A DNA stretch of 15,750 nt from Planctomycetota bacterium (GTDB lineage Bacteria > Planctomycetota > SZUA-567 > H5-PLA8). Each line of letters opens with the position of its first letter. The stretch's first letter is position 1. The notes beneath the pieces were generated by a model. It was not told the origin of the DNA and ran no database searches. It was given only the letters and a program-made list of their open reading frames with translations. The DNA lies in the NCBI GenBank assembly GCA_045863855.1, contig BTVV01000137.1, positions 1 to 15,750 of the forward strand. The letters are read 5' to 3'. This document shows, piece after piece, positions 6,235-15,054 of this stretch. Both the position numbers and the translations under genes were made by a program.

Positions 6235-7910
6235 ACGACAAGCGGAAATGGATCGGCATGCTGGCGCTATTGCTGCTGGCCTTTGGCGCGGGCTATGCCC
6301 TGCGAGGCGGCGGTAAATCCGCACAGGTTGGTGAGTCCTCAAAAGAGGGGCCGAAGGCACAGACCGTATGGACCTGCTCCATGCACCCGCAGGTCCGGCT
6401 GCCCAATCCGGGCAAGTGCCCGATCTGCGAGATGCCCTTGATTCAGGCCGACGCGGGCGGCGGAGGTGAAGGCGACCCCATGCTGAAACTCTCCGAGCAC
6501 GCGCGCGCCATGGCCAGCGTCCAAACGGCCCACGTGGTCAAACGCAAGCTGAGCAAAGAGATTCGCGCTGTAGGCATGATTCAATTTAACGAGACAGCGC
6601 TGGCCACAGTCACGACCCGCGTGGACGGCTACGTGGAAAGGCTCTTCGTGGATTACACGGGCATGGCAGTGGAGAAGGCCGATCATCTGGTCGAGATCTA
6701 CAGCCCGGATTTGGTCGTTGCGCAGAAGGAACTGCTCCTGGCGGTCGAGACCCCGGACAACGCACGCCTGGTGGAGGCATCGAGGCTGAAGCTCCGGCGT
6801 TGGGAGATCACCGACGCGCAGATCGAGGAACTCCTCAAGACCCGGAAGATCGAGGAGCGGATGACCATCTACTCGCCGGTGAAAGGGACCGTCGTCGAGA
6901 AGATGGTCGTCGAGAAAAGCTCGGTAAAGGCAGGTGACGCGTTGTACCGCCTCGCCAACCTGGAGTCCCTCTGGGTGCATTTGGACATCTATGAGTTCGA
7001 GTACGCCTGGGTGCAGTACGGCCAGCTTGTTGATATTACGGCGGAGGCTTATCCGGGCGAATCCTTCAAGGGTATGGTGACCTTCGTCAGCCCTACCTTG
7101 AACGAATCCACGCGCACCATTCGCGTGCGTGTGAACGTGACGAATACGGATGGCCGCCTGAAGCCGGGCATGTTTGTCAGCGCCCGGATTCGCGTGCCCT
7201 TGCTTTCAGACGGCCACGCCGCGCCCACCGGCGTGGAAGGGCGGTTCAACTGCCCGATGCACCCGGAGGTCCTGAAGGACGGCCCCGGCAAGTGCGACTT
7301 GTGTGGCATGGACCTCAAGCAGATCTCTCCAGCGCATGGGCGGCATCAGGGTGAACGCTACACCTGTCCCATGCACCCCGAAGTTCTGCAAGACCAGCCT
7401 GGGAATTGTCCTAAATGCGGCATGAAACTTGAAAAGGATGTCCACCAGGAGACCTGGATCTGCGAGATGTGCCCGCATGTGAAGTCAGACAAGCCGGGCA
7501 ACTGCCCCGATTGCGGTATGAAGCTGACCAAGGCGCCCCTGGTAGGCGACGAAATCCTGGCCGTACCTTCGACAGCGGTGCTTGATAGCGGACTGAACAA
7601 GCTGGTTTATGTGGAGCGCGGCAAGGGCGAATTTGAGCCCGTCAAAGTCACGCTGGGTCCGCGCGCATCGGTATCGGAAGGCGGCAAGTCGCAGGAGTTC
7701 TATCCCGTCCTGTCCGGCCTCAAGGAGCACGACGCGGTCGCGGTGCGCGGGAATTTTCTGATCGACAGCCAGGTGCAGATTCGGGGCATGAAGAGTCTGC
7801 TGTTCCCTGAAGGTGGGCCAGGGGGTGGAGGACATGACCATGGCGGACATAAGGGAACCGCCGGCGAAGCGCCGCCCGAGAAGACCATGCCGGAGGGGCA
7901 CAAGCATTAA
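6231..7910 (+). CDS. cusB: CusB-like RND periplasmic adaptor (MFP) with four heavy-metal-binding repeats and a His-rich tail
   Basis: Start reassigned to ATG 6231 (GAGGAG 6217-6222, ATGA overlap), 559 aa. N-terminal TM; MFP motifs RVDGYVERLFVD, EIYSPDLVVAQKELL, IYSPVKGTV, LKPGMFV, AVPSTAVLDSG, GNFLIDS; CxMHP...GxCPxCxMxL repeats. Confidence 0.9.
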   Translation: MNDKRKWIGMLALLLLAFGAGYALRGGGKSAQVGESSKEGPKAQTVWTCSMHPQVRLPNPGKCPICEMPLIQADAGGGGEGDPMLKLSEHARAMASVQTAHVVKRKLSKEIRAVGMIQFNETALATVTTRVDGYVERLFVDYTGMAVEKADHLVEIYSPDLVVAQKELLLAVETPDNARLVEASRLKLRRWEITDAQIEELLKTRKIEERMTIYSPVKGTVVEKMVVEKSSVKAGDALYRLANLESLWVHLDIYEFEYAWVQYGQLVDITAEAYPGESFKGMVTFVSPTLNESTRTIRVRVNVTNTDGRLKPGMFVSARIRVPLLSDGHAAPTGVEGRFNCPMHPEVLKDGPGKCDLCGMDLKQISPAHGRHQGERYTCPMHPEVLQDQPGNCPKCGMKLEKDVHQETWICEMCPHVKSDKPGNCPDCGMKLTKAPLVGDEILAVPSTAVLDSGLNKLVYVERGKGEFEPVKVTLGPRASVSEGGKSQEFYPVLSGLKEHDAVAVRGNFLIDSQVQIRGMKSLLFPEGGPGGGGHDHGGHKGTAGEAPPEKTMPEGHKH

Positions 7911-7946
7911 GCACGTTGAATTTAAAGTCACCGGGGTCCATTCGCT

Positions 7947-10900
7947 ATGATTGACGCTGTCATCCGTTGGTGCCTGAACAACGTCTTTCTGATGACGTTG
8001 ATCGTGGTTGGCTTATGCGTCGGCGGCTACGTGGCTCTGCGAAAGGTCCATGTGGACGCGATTCCCGACATCGGCGAGAAGCAAGTCATCGTCTTCGCAG
8101 ACTGGGAGGGCCGTTCGCCCCAGGACGTGGACGATCAGGTCACTTACCCGCTCACGATCGCGCTTACGGGAACCCCGGGCGTGAAGACGATTCGCTCGAT
8201 GTCGGGCTTCGGCTTCTCCATGGTCTTCGTGATCTTCAAGGACGAAGTGGACTACTACTGGGCGCGGGCGCGCGTTCTGGAACGTATGAATGTGGCCCAG
8301 GAACGCCTCCCACAGGGGGTGGTCCCGGTACTGGGGCCAGACGCTACGGCCCTGGGGCAGATCTACTGGTACACGGTGGAAGCGGAGGGCTTCGATCTTG
8401 CGGAATTGCGTTCCATTCAGGATTGGTACATCCGCTACCAGCTTAACTCCGTGGAAGGCGTCTCCGAAGTCGCGAGCGTGGGCGGACATGTAAAGCAGTA
8501 CCAGATCGACCTGCATCCCGACAAGCTGCGCGCGCACCGCGTCTCGCTGATGGACGTTTACAACGCCGTGGTTAAGTCGAACATCGACGTGGGCGCGAAG
8601 GTTATCGAGAAGAACGGCGTGGAATTCTTCATCCGCGGCGTGGGCTTCATCAAGTCGGTCGGCGATCTTGAGAACGTCGTGGTCCGCGAAGAAGAAGGTG
8701 TCCCCATCTATCTCAAGAATGTCGGCAGCGTGACGCTGGGGCCGGACTTCCGGCGCGGCGCGCTCGACAAGGGCGGCGTCGAAGCCGTGGGCGGTGTTGT
8801 GACTATGCGCTACGGCGAAAACCCGCTGGAAGTGATGGAGCGAGTAAAGGAAAAGCTGAAGGACATCGAGAAAGGCCTGCCCGCCAAGACCCTTGCGGAC
8901 GGCCGCGTCTCCAAAGTCCAGATTGTGCCCTTTTATGACCGCACCGACATCGTCCACGAGACGATCGACACGCTCAAGGATGCCCTCAGCGAAGAGGCCC
9001 TGGTCGCCGGCCTGATCATTTTCATCTTCCTGCTACATCTTCGCAGCACGGCCTGCGTCCTGGTCACCTTGCCGCTCAGCGTGGCACTCTGCTTCATCTG
9101 CATGTGGATCTTTGGGGTAGACAGCAACATCATGTCGCTGGCCGGTCTGGCCATTGCCATCGGTGACGTCGCCGACATGGGCATCATCATGACGGAGAAT
9201 ATCTACCGGCGTGTGGCCGAGGCGCCCAAAGGAAAGAGCCATTTCGACAATGTGTATGAAGGCGCAAAGGAAGTGGCGGGCGCGATCCTCACCGCAGTTT
9301 CGAACACCATCATCTCCTTCATGCCCGTCTTCTTTCTCACTGACCAAGAGGGCAAGCTATTCAAGCCGCTCGCCTTCACCAAGACCTTCGCCATTGGCGC
9401 TTCGGTCGTCCTGGCAGTAACGGTGGTCCCATTCCTGTGTTACCTGCTCTTCCGGCCGACGCCCTGGAAGCGGAGGATCGTTCATGGTGTCGCCGGCGGC
9501 GTAGGCCTGCTCGCGACGCTTGCCACGCACGCGGCACTGATGCTGGGCTGGGAACACAGCCACTACAGCGGTTGGCCCACCGCCATCGCAGTCGGAGTCA
9601 TCGTCTATTTGGCCGTGGTGCGCATGACCAAGGAACGCTTCCTGCCCCTCGAAGAAAATTTCGTTTCTCGTCAGATCTCGCGAGCCTACGTGCCCACGTT
9701 GCGCTGGATTCTCGACCATAAAAAGACCTTTATGGTCTTTCCCTGCCTTATCCTGTTCGCTGGATTGACCATCTGGCTGGGCATCGGGACTATGCTGTAT
9801 CCGGTCGAACTGGTGGTCAATATCTTCGCTCACGAGGAGATCTCTCCGGAACTTCGCAGCCAGATGTACCTTGAGAAGGACGACGACCGCAGCCGGCCAC
9901 TGCTCGAACTCTCCCAGCTTCGGTGGCAGAAGGTCCGCAAGGACGGGTATTCGTGGCTTCGCGTGCTTTTGCGCAGGCAGGAGCCCAAGGTCGTGGAGGT
10001 GGAACAACGAGAAGGCTTGGAAGTCGTAAGCGAAGGACGCATCTTGCCCGGGATCGGGCGCGAGTTCATGCCACCGCTCGACGAGGGCTCATTCCTCTAC
10101 ATGCCTTCCGTCCTGCCGCACGCGGGGCTTTCGCAAGCCATCGAGGTCAATGCCAAGCAGGACCTAGCCATCGCATCCGTACCGGAGGTTCAGTCGGTCG
10201 TCGGTAAGCTGGGACGCGCGGAAACGGCTCTCGACCCGGCGCCGGTCGGGATGTTCGAGACGATCGTCATCCTCAAGCCCGAAGACGAATGGCGCATGGT
10301 GAGCCAAGAACGGTTCTTCTCCGGCTGGCCAGGTTGGGTCAAGGCGCCATTTGCGTGGGCTTGGCCCGAGGAGCGCCGGATTACCAAGTCCGAGATTCTC
10401 GACGAGCTTCAGCAGAAGACGGCGATCCCCGGCGTTCTGCCCACTTGGCTGCAGCCGATCCAGACACGCATCGTGATGCTCCAGACCGGCTTCCGCGCCA
10501 TGATGGGCGTCAAGATATACGGGGACGACCTGAAGGAGATCGAGCGCGTCGGGCTTCAGATGGAAGAGATCCTGAAGCATGTTCCCGGCGCCACCGATGT
10601 CGTCGCGGACCGTATCGTGGGCAAACCCTACCTTGAGTTCAAGATCGACCGGGCCCGTATCGCCCGATATGGCGTGAACATCCGAGATGTTCAGGATGTG
10701 ATCGAAATGGCGATTGGCGGGATGAACCTGGCCGAGTCCGTTGAAGGGCGTGAACGCTACCCGATCCGAGTGCGGTACCTGCGCGATTACCGCGAAGACT
10801 TTCCCGAACTTGAGAAGATTCTCGTGCCCACCATGTCCGGCGCGCATATTCCTCTCACGCAAGTAGTTGATTTCTCCTACGTGCTCGGCCCGCAGGAGAT

Positions 10901-11654
10901 CAAGGGCGAGAACACGCGCCTGGTCGGATATGTCACTATGAACACGCGGGACCGCGACGAGGTCAGCGTGGTCGAGGACGCGGAGCAAGCCCTGCAAGGC
11001 GCGGTTCGAGACGGCCGACTCAAGGTACCACCCGGTTACCACTGGGAGTGGGGCGGGCAGTTCGAGAATCAGCGGCGCGCCATGGCAACGATGAAGGTCG
11101 TCGTGCCGATCACGCTGCTGATCATGTTCCTGATGCTCTATATAGGATTCAAACGCAAATGGATCGCCTTCGTCATCTACTTTGGCGTCCTGGTTTCCGC
11201 GTCGGGCGGCTTCTTCATGCTGGCCCTTTGGGGCGTCAACTTATCAGTTGCCGTCTGGGTTGGATTCCTGGTCCTATTTGGCGTCGTGGATGACGATGGC
11301 GTAGTGATGTCCAGTTATCTTGAAGATGTATTCGAGGGCCGCACCTTCGCACATGCCGGAGAGATCCGCGAGGCTGTCATAGAGGCAGGCCTGAAGCGCA
11401 TTCGGCCATGTCTAATGACGACCGCGACAACCTGTTTCGGCCTGCTTCCGGTCTTCTGGGCCAGCGGCAGGGGCTCGGATGTCATGCAGCCGATGGCCAT
11501 TCCGTCTGTCGGAGGTATGGCCATTTCACTCATTACCATCTTCATCGTTCCTTGCATGTTCTGTGCGGTGGAGGAATGGAAGTGGGCCCGGTCAACCAAG
11601 GGGCAGGGCACCGAGTCGATCGAGAAAGATGGCATCCACCTGCGGGAGGAATAG
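7947..11654 (+). CDS. cusA: CusA-like heavy-metal RND efflux permease (Cu(I)/Ag(I) type), enlarged
   Basis: 1235 aa. DAIPDIGEKQVIV, GRSPQDVDDQVTYPL, LGPDATALGQIY, NIMSLAGLAIAIG, EGKLFKPLAFTKTF, RIRPCLMT. Met triad equivalents FLYMP (10101), APVGMFET (10251) and RIVMLQTG (10476). Confidence 0.93.
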   Translation: MIDAVIRWCLNNVFLMTLIVVGLCVGGYVALRKVHVDAIPDIGEKQVIVFADWEGRSPQDVDDQVTYPLTIALTGTPGVKTIRSMSGFGFSMVFVIFKDEVDYYWARARVLERMNVAQERLPQGVVPVLGPDATALGQIYWYTVEAEGFDLAELRSIQDWYIRYQLNSVEGVSEVASVGGHVKQYQIDLHPDKLRAHRVSLMDVYNAVVKSNIDVGAKVIEKNGVEFFIRGVGFIKSVGDLENVVVREEEGVPIYLKNVGSVTLGPDFRRGALDKGGVEAVGGVVTMRYGENPLEVMERVKEKLKDIEKGLPAKTLADGRVSKVQIVPFYDRTDIVHETIDTLKDALSEEALVAGLIIFIFLLHLRSTACVLVTLPLSVALCFICMWIFGVDSNIMSLAGLAIAIGDVADMGIIMTENIYRRVAEAPKGKSHFDNVYEGAKEVAGAILTAVSNTIISFMPVFFLTDQEGKLFKPLAFTKTFAIGASVVLAVTVVPFLCYLLFRPTPWKRRIVHGVAGGVGLLATLATHAALMLGWEHSHYSGWPTAIAVGVIVYLAVVRMTKERFLPLEENFVSRQISRAYVPTLRWILDHKKTFMVFPCLILFAGLTIWLGIGTMLYPVELVVNIFAHEEISPELRSQMYLEKDDDRSRPLLELSQLRWQKVRKDGYSWLRVLLRRQEPKVVEVEQREGLEVVSEGRILPGIGREFMPPLDEGSFLYMPSVLPHAGLSQAIEVNAKQDLAIASVPEVQSVVGKLGRAETALDPAPVGMFETIVILKPEDEWRMVSQERFFSGWPGWVKAPFAWAWPEERRITKSEILDELQQKTAIPGVLPTWLQPIQTRIVMLQTGFRAMMGVKIYGDDLKEIERVGLQMEEILKHVPGATDVVADRIVGKPYLEFKIDRARIARYGVNIRDVQDVIEMAIGGMNLAESVEGRERYPIRVRYLRDYREDFPELEKILVPTMSGAHIPLTQVVDFSYVLGPQEIKGENTRLVGYVTMNTRDRDEVSVVEDAEQALQGAVRDGRLKVPPGYHWEWGGQFENQRRAMATMKVVVPITLLIMFLMLYIGFKRKWIAFVIYFGVLVSASGGFFMLALWGVNLSVAVWVGFLVLFGVVDDDGVVMSSYLEDVFEGRTFAHAGEIREAVIEAGLKRIRPCLMTTATTCFGLLPVFWASGRGSDVMQPMAIPSVGGMAISLITIFIVPCMFCAVEEWKWARSTKGQGTESIEKDGIHLREE

Positions 11655-11657
11655 CGC

Positions 11658-14360
11658 ATGGGCGAGTTTGCCGATCCTTCTGCCCAGGTGGCTTGGTATG
11701 CACTGAGTCTGGAATCCGCACAAACACAAGTAGGCGCAACCGCCGAAGGCCTCTCAGATGACGAAGTGGCCAAGCGCCTTCAAAAATTTGGACCGAACGA
11801 GCTTCGGGATGCGGAGCCCATCAATCCCTGGGCCATTCTCGCCAGCCAATTTAGCAGCCTGATTGTTTGGATCTTAATCGCGGCTGGAATGGTTTCAGGG
11901 CTATTTGGCGAATGGGTAGACGCGCTGGCCATCACGGCCATTGTGGTACTGAACGCGCTCATTGGATTTTACCAGGAGTTTAATGCCGAAAAGTCCATGG
12001 CGGCGCTCAAGCGCATGACGGCTCCACATGCGCGAGTCAGGCGAAGTGGCGCCGTCCGAGATGTACTGGCGCGCGACATCGTTCCGGGAGATGTTGTTGT
12101 CCTGGAGGCGGGAGATCTAGTACCCGCCGATGCCCGGCTTATGAAAGCCGCCTCCTTGAAGTGTATAGAGGCCGCGCTCACCGGGGAATCGGATGCGGTC
12201 GGAAAACATGCTGAGGTTCTGGATCGCGATGAAGTACCGTTGGGCGACCGCAAGAACTTGGTCTTCATGGGTACAAGCGTGGCCACCGGGTCCGCGGAAG
12301 CTCTCGTGGTGGCCACGGGCATGGCGACGGAGATGGGTCGTATTGCCGGCTTGATTCAAAAGGCAGGCCAAGAGGAAGGGACTCCGCTTCAAAAGCGCCT
12401 CCAGGCATTCGGAAAGCTGCTCGTGTGGGCCTCGCTGGGGGTGGTGGGGCTTGTATTTGTGCTTGGGTTGATGCGAGGCCTGGAAGTATTCGAGCTTTTT
12501 CTGACGGCAGTGAGTTTGGCAGTCGCGGCCGTTCCAGAGGGCCTGCCTGCCGTTGTGACCATTTCTCTCGCGGTCGGTGTTCAGCGCATGGCGCGAAGGC
12601 GCGCGCTGATGCGACGGCTTCCAACCGTGGAAACGCTTGGTTCGACCTCTGTCATCTGCACGGACAAGACCGGCACGCTTACCGTGGGCGAAATGACCGT
12701 GCGAACCCTCTTCGCCTGCGATCAGGAATGGGAAGTAACCGGCGAAGGGTACGGACCCGAGGGCAAGATTACCCCGCGAACGAGCGAAGGAGAACCGGGA
12801 GCCACGGGTCTAAACGATTTGATAACGGTTCTGGCTGGTTGCAACGCCGCACACCTTACACAGGAAGAAGGGCGTTGGAAGGTGATCGGCGACCCGACCG
12901 AAGGCGCCCTCCTCGCGGCTGCCGCAAAAGCCAAGGTCTTTCCTGCGACGTTGGACAAGGATCTGCCGCGAGTCAAAGAGTTTCCATTCGATTCCGACCG
13001 CAAGATGATGACGGTGGTCAGGAAGTCACTCGAAGGTAGCGCTAGGGCCATGGTTAAAGGGGCTCCCGACGTGCTGCTGGCCCGGTGCACCCAAATACTT
13101 ACGTCCCAGGGCATCAGACCGTTGACGGACAAGGATCGCGAGAACATCTCCACAATCAACGAGGCCTGGGCAGCGAGGGCCTTGCGAGTGCTAGGCGCCG
13201 CAATCAAGAATGGCGTGCAGGAGTCGGACGTACATTCCGCGGAAGAGGTTGAACGCGATCTGGTTTTTGTGGGCCTTGTGGGCATGTACGATCCGCCACG
13301 TCCGGAAGCCAAGGATGCTGTAGCGCGCTGCCGCAGTGCCGGTATTCGTGTCGTCATGATTACGGGAGACCACCCACGGACTGCCTTGGCGGTCGCGAAG
13401 GAGTTGGGCATTGCCAAAGAAAACAGCAAAGCCCTCGCTGGGCTGGAATTGGATAAGCTTTCCGACTCCGACCTAAGCGATCAGGTTGATCAGATTGCCG
13501 TTTTTGCACGCGTCACGGCGGAGCACAAACTTCGGATCGTCCGGGCCTGGAAATCGCAGCAGGCCATCGTCGCGATGACAGGGGACGGGGTGAATGATGC
13601 TCCGGCCATCAAGGGCGCCGACGTGGGCATCGCCATGGGCAAGGCCGGTACCGAGGTGACAAAGGAAGCCTCGGACATGATCGTAGCGGACGACAACTTC
13701 GCCTCCATCGTAGCTGCCGTGGAAGAAGGCCGCGGCATTTTCGACAACATCAAGAAGACGCTTCAATACTTGCTCGCAGGTAATGCCGGCGAACTTCTGC
13801 TGATGACTTTATGCGTGGTATTCGGACTTCCTATGGCGCTCCTGCCTATTCACCTGCTCTGGATCAACCTAGTTACCGATGGTCTTCCCGCGTTATGCCT
13901 CGCGACCGATCCCATAGATTCTGATGTCATGAAGCGTGGTCCGAGGAAACCGGGAGCATCAATAGCCGATAGAGGGTTTGTGGTATTGATGGGGATTACA
14001 GGCTTGCTGACTGCCGGTGTATCCTTCGCCGTGTATCTCTACGGATTAAAATACGAAACCCTCGAAATGGCTCGAACCCATGCTTTTGCGGCGCTTGTCT
14101 TTGCTGAGTTGCTTCGCTCCTTCGGATGTCGAAGCGAAACCAAAACTCTATTCCAAGTTGGCGCATTCACAAACCTACGACTTGCGGTGGTGGTGGGCAT
14201 CGCTTTCTTATTTCAAGTTTGGAGCCACCACAACCCAATTCTTGGCGGTTTTCTCAAAACAGGCATGATGACTTGGTCAGATTGTTTGATGCTGATTATT
14301 GTCTCGATCATACCCATTTCAATTTTGGAGGTTGCCAAATTGATTCGCCAATACAGGTAG
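11658..14360 (+). CDS. P-type ATPase, P2A (SERCA-like Ca2+-transporting) subfamily
   Basis: 900 aa. [72 protein letters not shown]. No CPx motif and no N-terminal HMA domain. GGGAGGA SD at 11644-11650. Confidence 0.93.
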   Translation: MGEFADPSAQVAWYALSLESAQTQVGATAEGLSDDEVAKRLQKFGPNELRDAEPINPWAILASQFSSLIVWILIAAGMVSGLFGEWVDALAITAIVVLNALIGFYQEFNAEKSMAALKRMTAPHARVRRSGAVRDVLARDIVPGDVVVLEAGDLVPADARLMKAASLKCIEAALTGESDAVGKHAEVLDRDEVPLGDRKNLVFMGTSVATGSAEALVVATGMATEMGRIAGLIQKAGQEEGTPLQKRLQAFGKLLVWASLGVVGLVFVLGLMRGLEVFELFLTAVSLAVAAVPEGLPAVVTISLAVGVQRMARRRALMRRLPTVETLGSTSVICTDKTGTLTVGEMTVRTLFACDQEWEVTGEGYGPEGKITPRTSEGEPGATGLNDLITVLAGCNAAHLTQEEGRWKVIGDPTEGALLAAAAKAKVFPATLDKDLPRVKEFPFDSDRKMMTVVRKSLEGSARAMVKGAPDVLLARCTQILTSQGIRPLTDKDRENISTINEAWAARALRVLGAAIKNGVQESDVHSAEEVERDLVFVGLVGMYDPPRPEAKDAVARCRSAGIRVVMITGDHPRTALAVAKELGIAKENSKALAGLELDKLSDSDLSDQVDQIAVFARVTAEHKLRIVRAWKSQQAIVAMTGDGVNDAPAIKGADVGIAMGKAGTEVTKEASDMIVADDNFASIVAAVEEGRGIFDNIKKTLQYLLAGNAGELLLMTLCVVFGLPMALLPIHLLWINLVTDGLPALCLATDPIDSDVMKRGPRKPGASIADRGFVVLMGITGLLTAGVSFAVYLYGLKYETLEMARTHAFAALVFAELLRSFGCRSETKTLFQVGAFTNLRLAVVVGIAFLFQVWSHHNPILGGFLKTGMMTWSDCLMLIIVSIIPISILEVAKLIRQYR

Positions 14361-14648
14361 GCTCAATAATACTCCCGTATATGCCCGAATTGGGCGCTGC
14401 ACCGCGCACCACGCAGATTCGAGTGGCGCAAGGGTGACGGCATCTCCTGGGGGGAGCGTGGGTATGGTATTGGAAGCCTGGGCAAACCATTGAGGGCTTG
14501 TAGCCGATGAGCGAACGGGCTATCGCGGCCCTGCCGTTGCTGGGCGTCGTACTGGGCGCGGCCCCACGTGTCCAACGTCAGCGAAAGTGAGAGATGAAGG
14601 GGAAGAGAAAGCGTGTGTCGATTCCGGAAGGGCGTAGCCCTGAAGGAA

Positions 14649-14677
14649 TTGACACACGCGGGCCGGCTCCGAAAGCT
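14649..14677 (+). promoter_or_regulatory. Putative IS internal promoter for orfA
   Basis: TTGACA at 14649-14654, 17-nt spacer, weak -10 AAAGCT at 14672-14677. Confidence 0.35.
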
Positions 14678-14704
14678 GGGATGACCAGCGGAAAGGAGCA
14701 CCCG

Positions 14705-15034
14705 ATGTCCACGTCCCCGGTTGTACGACAGATACGTAAGGCCACGCGCAAGCAGTTTGGTGCGGAACAGAAGATCCAGATCGTCCTTGAGGGTTTGCGC
14801 GGCGAGGTCCCGATCACGGAACTCTGCCGGCGCGAAGGCATAGCGCCCTCGCTTTATTACAAGTGGTCGAAAGCCTTCCTGGAGGCCGGTAAGAACGGCC
14901 TCACGCGGGATACGCTGCGCGACGCGACCTCCGACGAAGTCCATCAACTCAAGCTGGAGAACGAGGACCTGAAACGTGCGCTGGCCGAAGCCACGCTCGA
15001 TACCCTGCGCTTCAAAAAAAGACTGGGCCTGTAG
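14705..15034 (+). CDS. IS3-family transposase OrfA (HTH)
   Basis: Start reassigned to ATG 14705 (AAGGAG at 14693-14698). RKATRKQFGAEQKIQIVLEGLRGEVPITELCRREGIAPSLYYKWSKAFLEAG HTH followed by a coiled coil (EVHQLKLENEDLKRALAE). Confidence 0.88.
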   Translation: MSTSPVVRQIRKATRKQFGAEQKIQIVLEGLRGEVPITELCRREGIAPSLYYKWSKAFLEAGKNGLTRDTLRDATSDEVHQLKLENEDLKRALAEATLDTLRFKKRLGL

Positions 15035-15054
15035 CGCCGCGGAGGTATGTGCGC

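Noticed and set aside
7245..7526. Spaced DNA repeats (TGCCCGATGCACCC-like) as a possible CRISPR array
   Set aside because: In-frame protein domain repeats with synonymous divergence; no cas genes or identical repeats.
12985..13000. TTCGATTCC as a possible second att copy of the tmRNA T-loop
   Set aside because: Only a short match, and it encodes the conserved FPFDSDRK motif of the ATPase.
8013..13429. Antisense ORFs 8013-8957, 9357-10007, 10164-11042 and 12722-13429
   Set aside because: Shadows of cusA and the ATPase.
11658..14360. Calling the ATPase CopA/SilP because of its context
   Set aside because: It lacks CPx, the HP motif and HMA domains; motifs are P2A.
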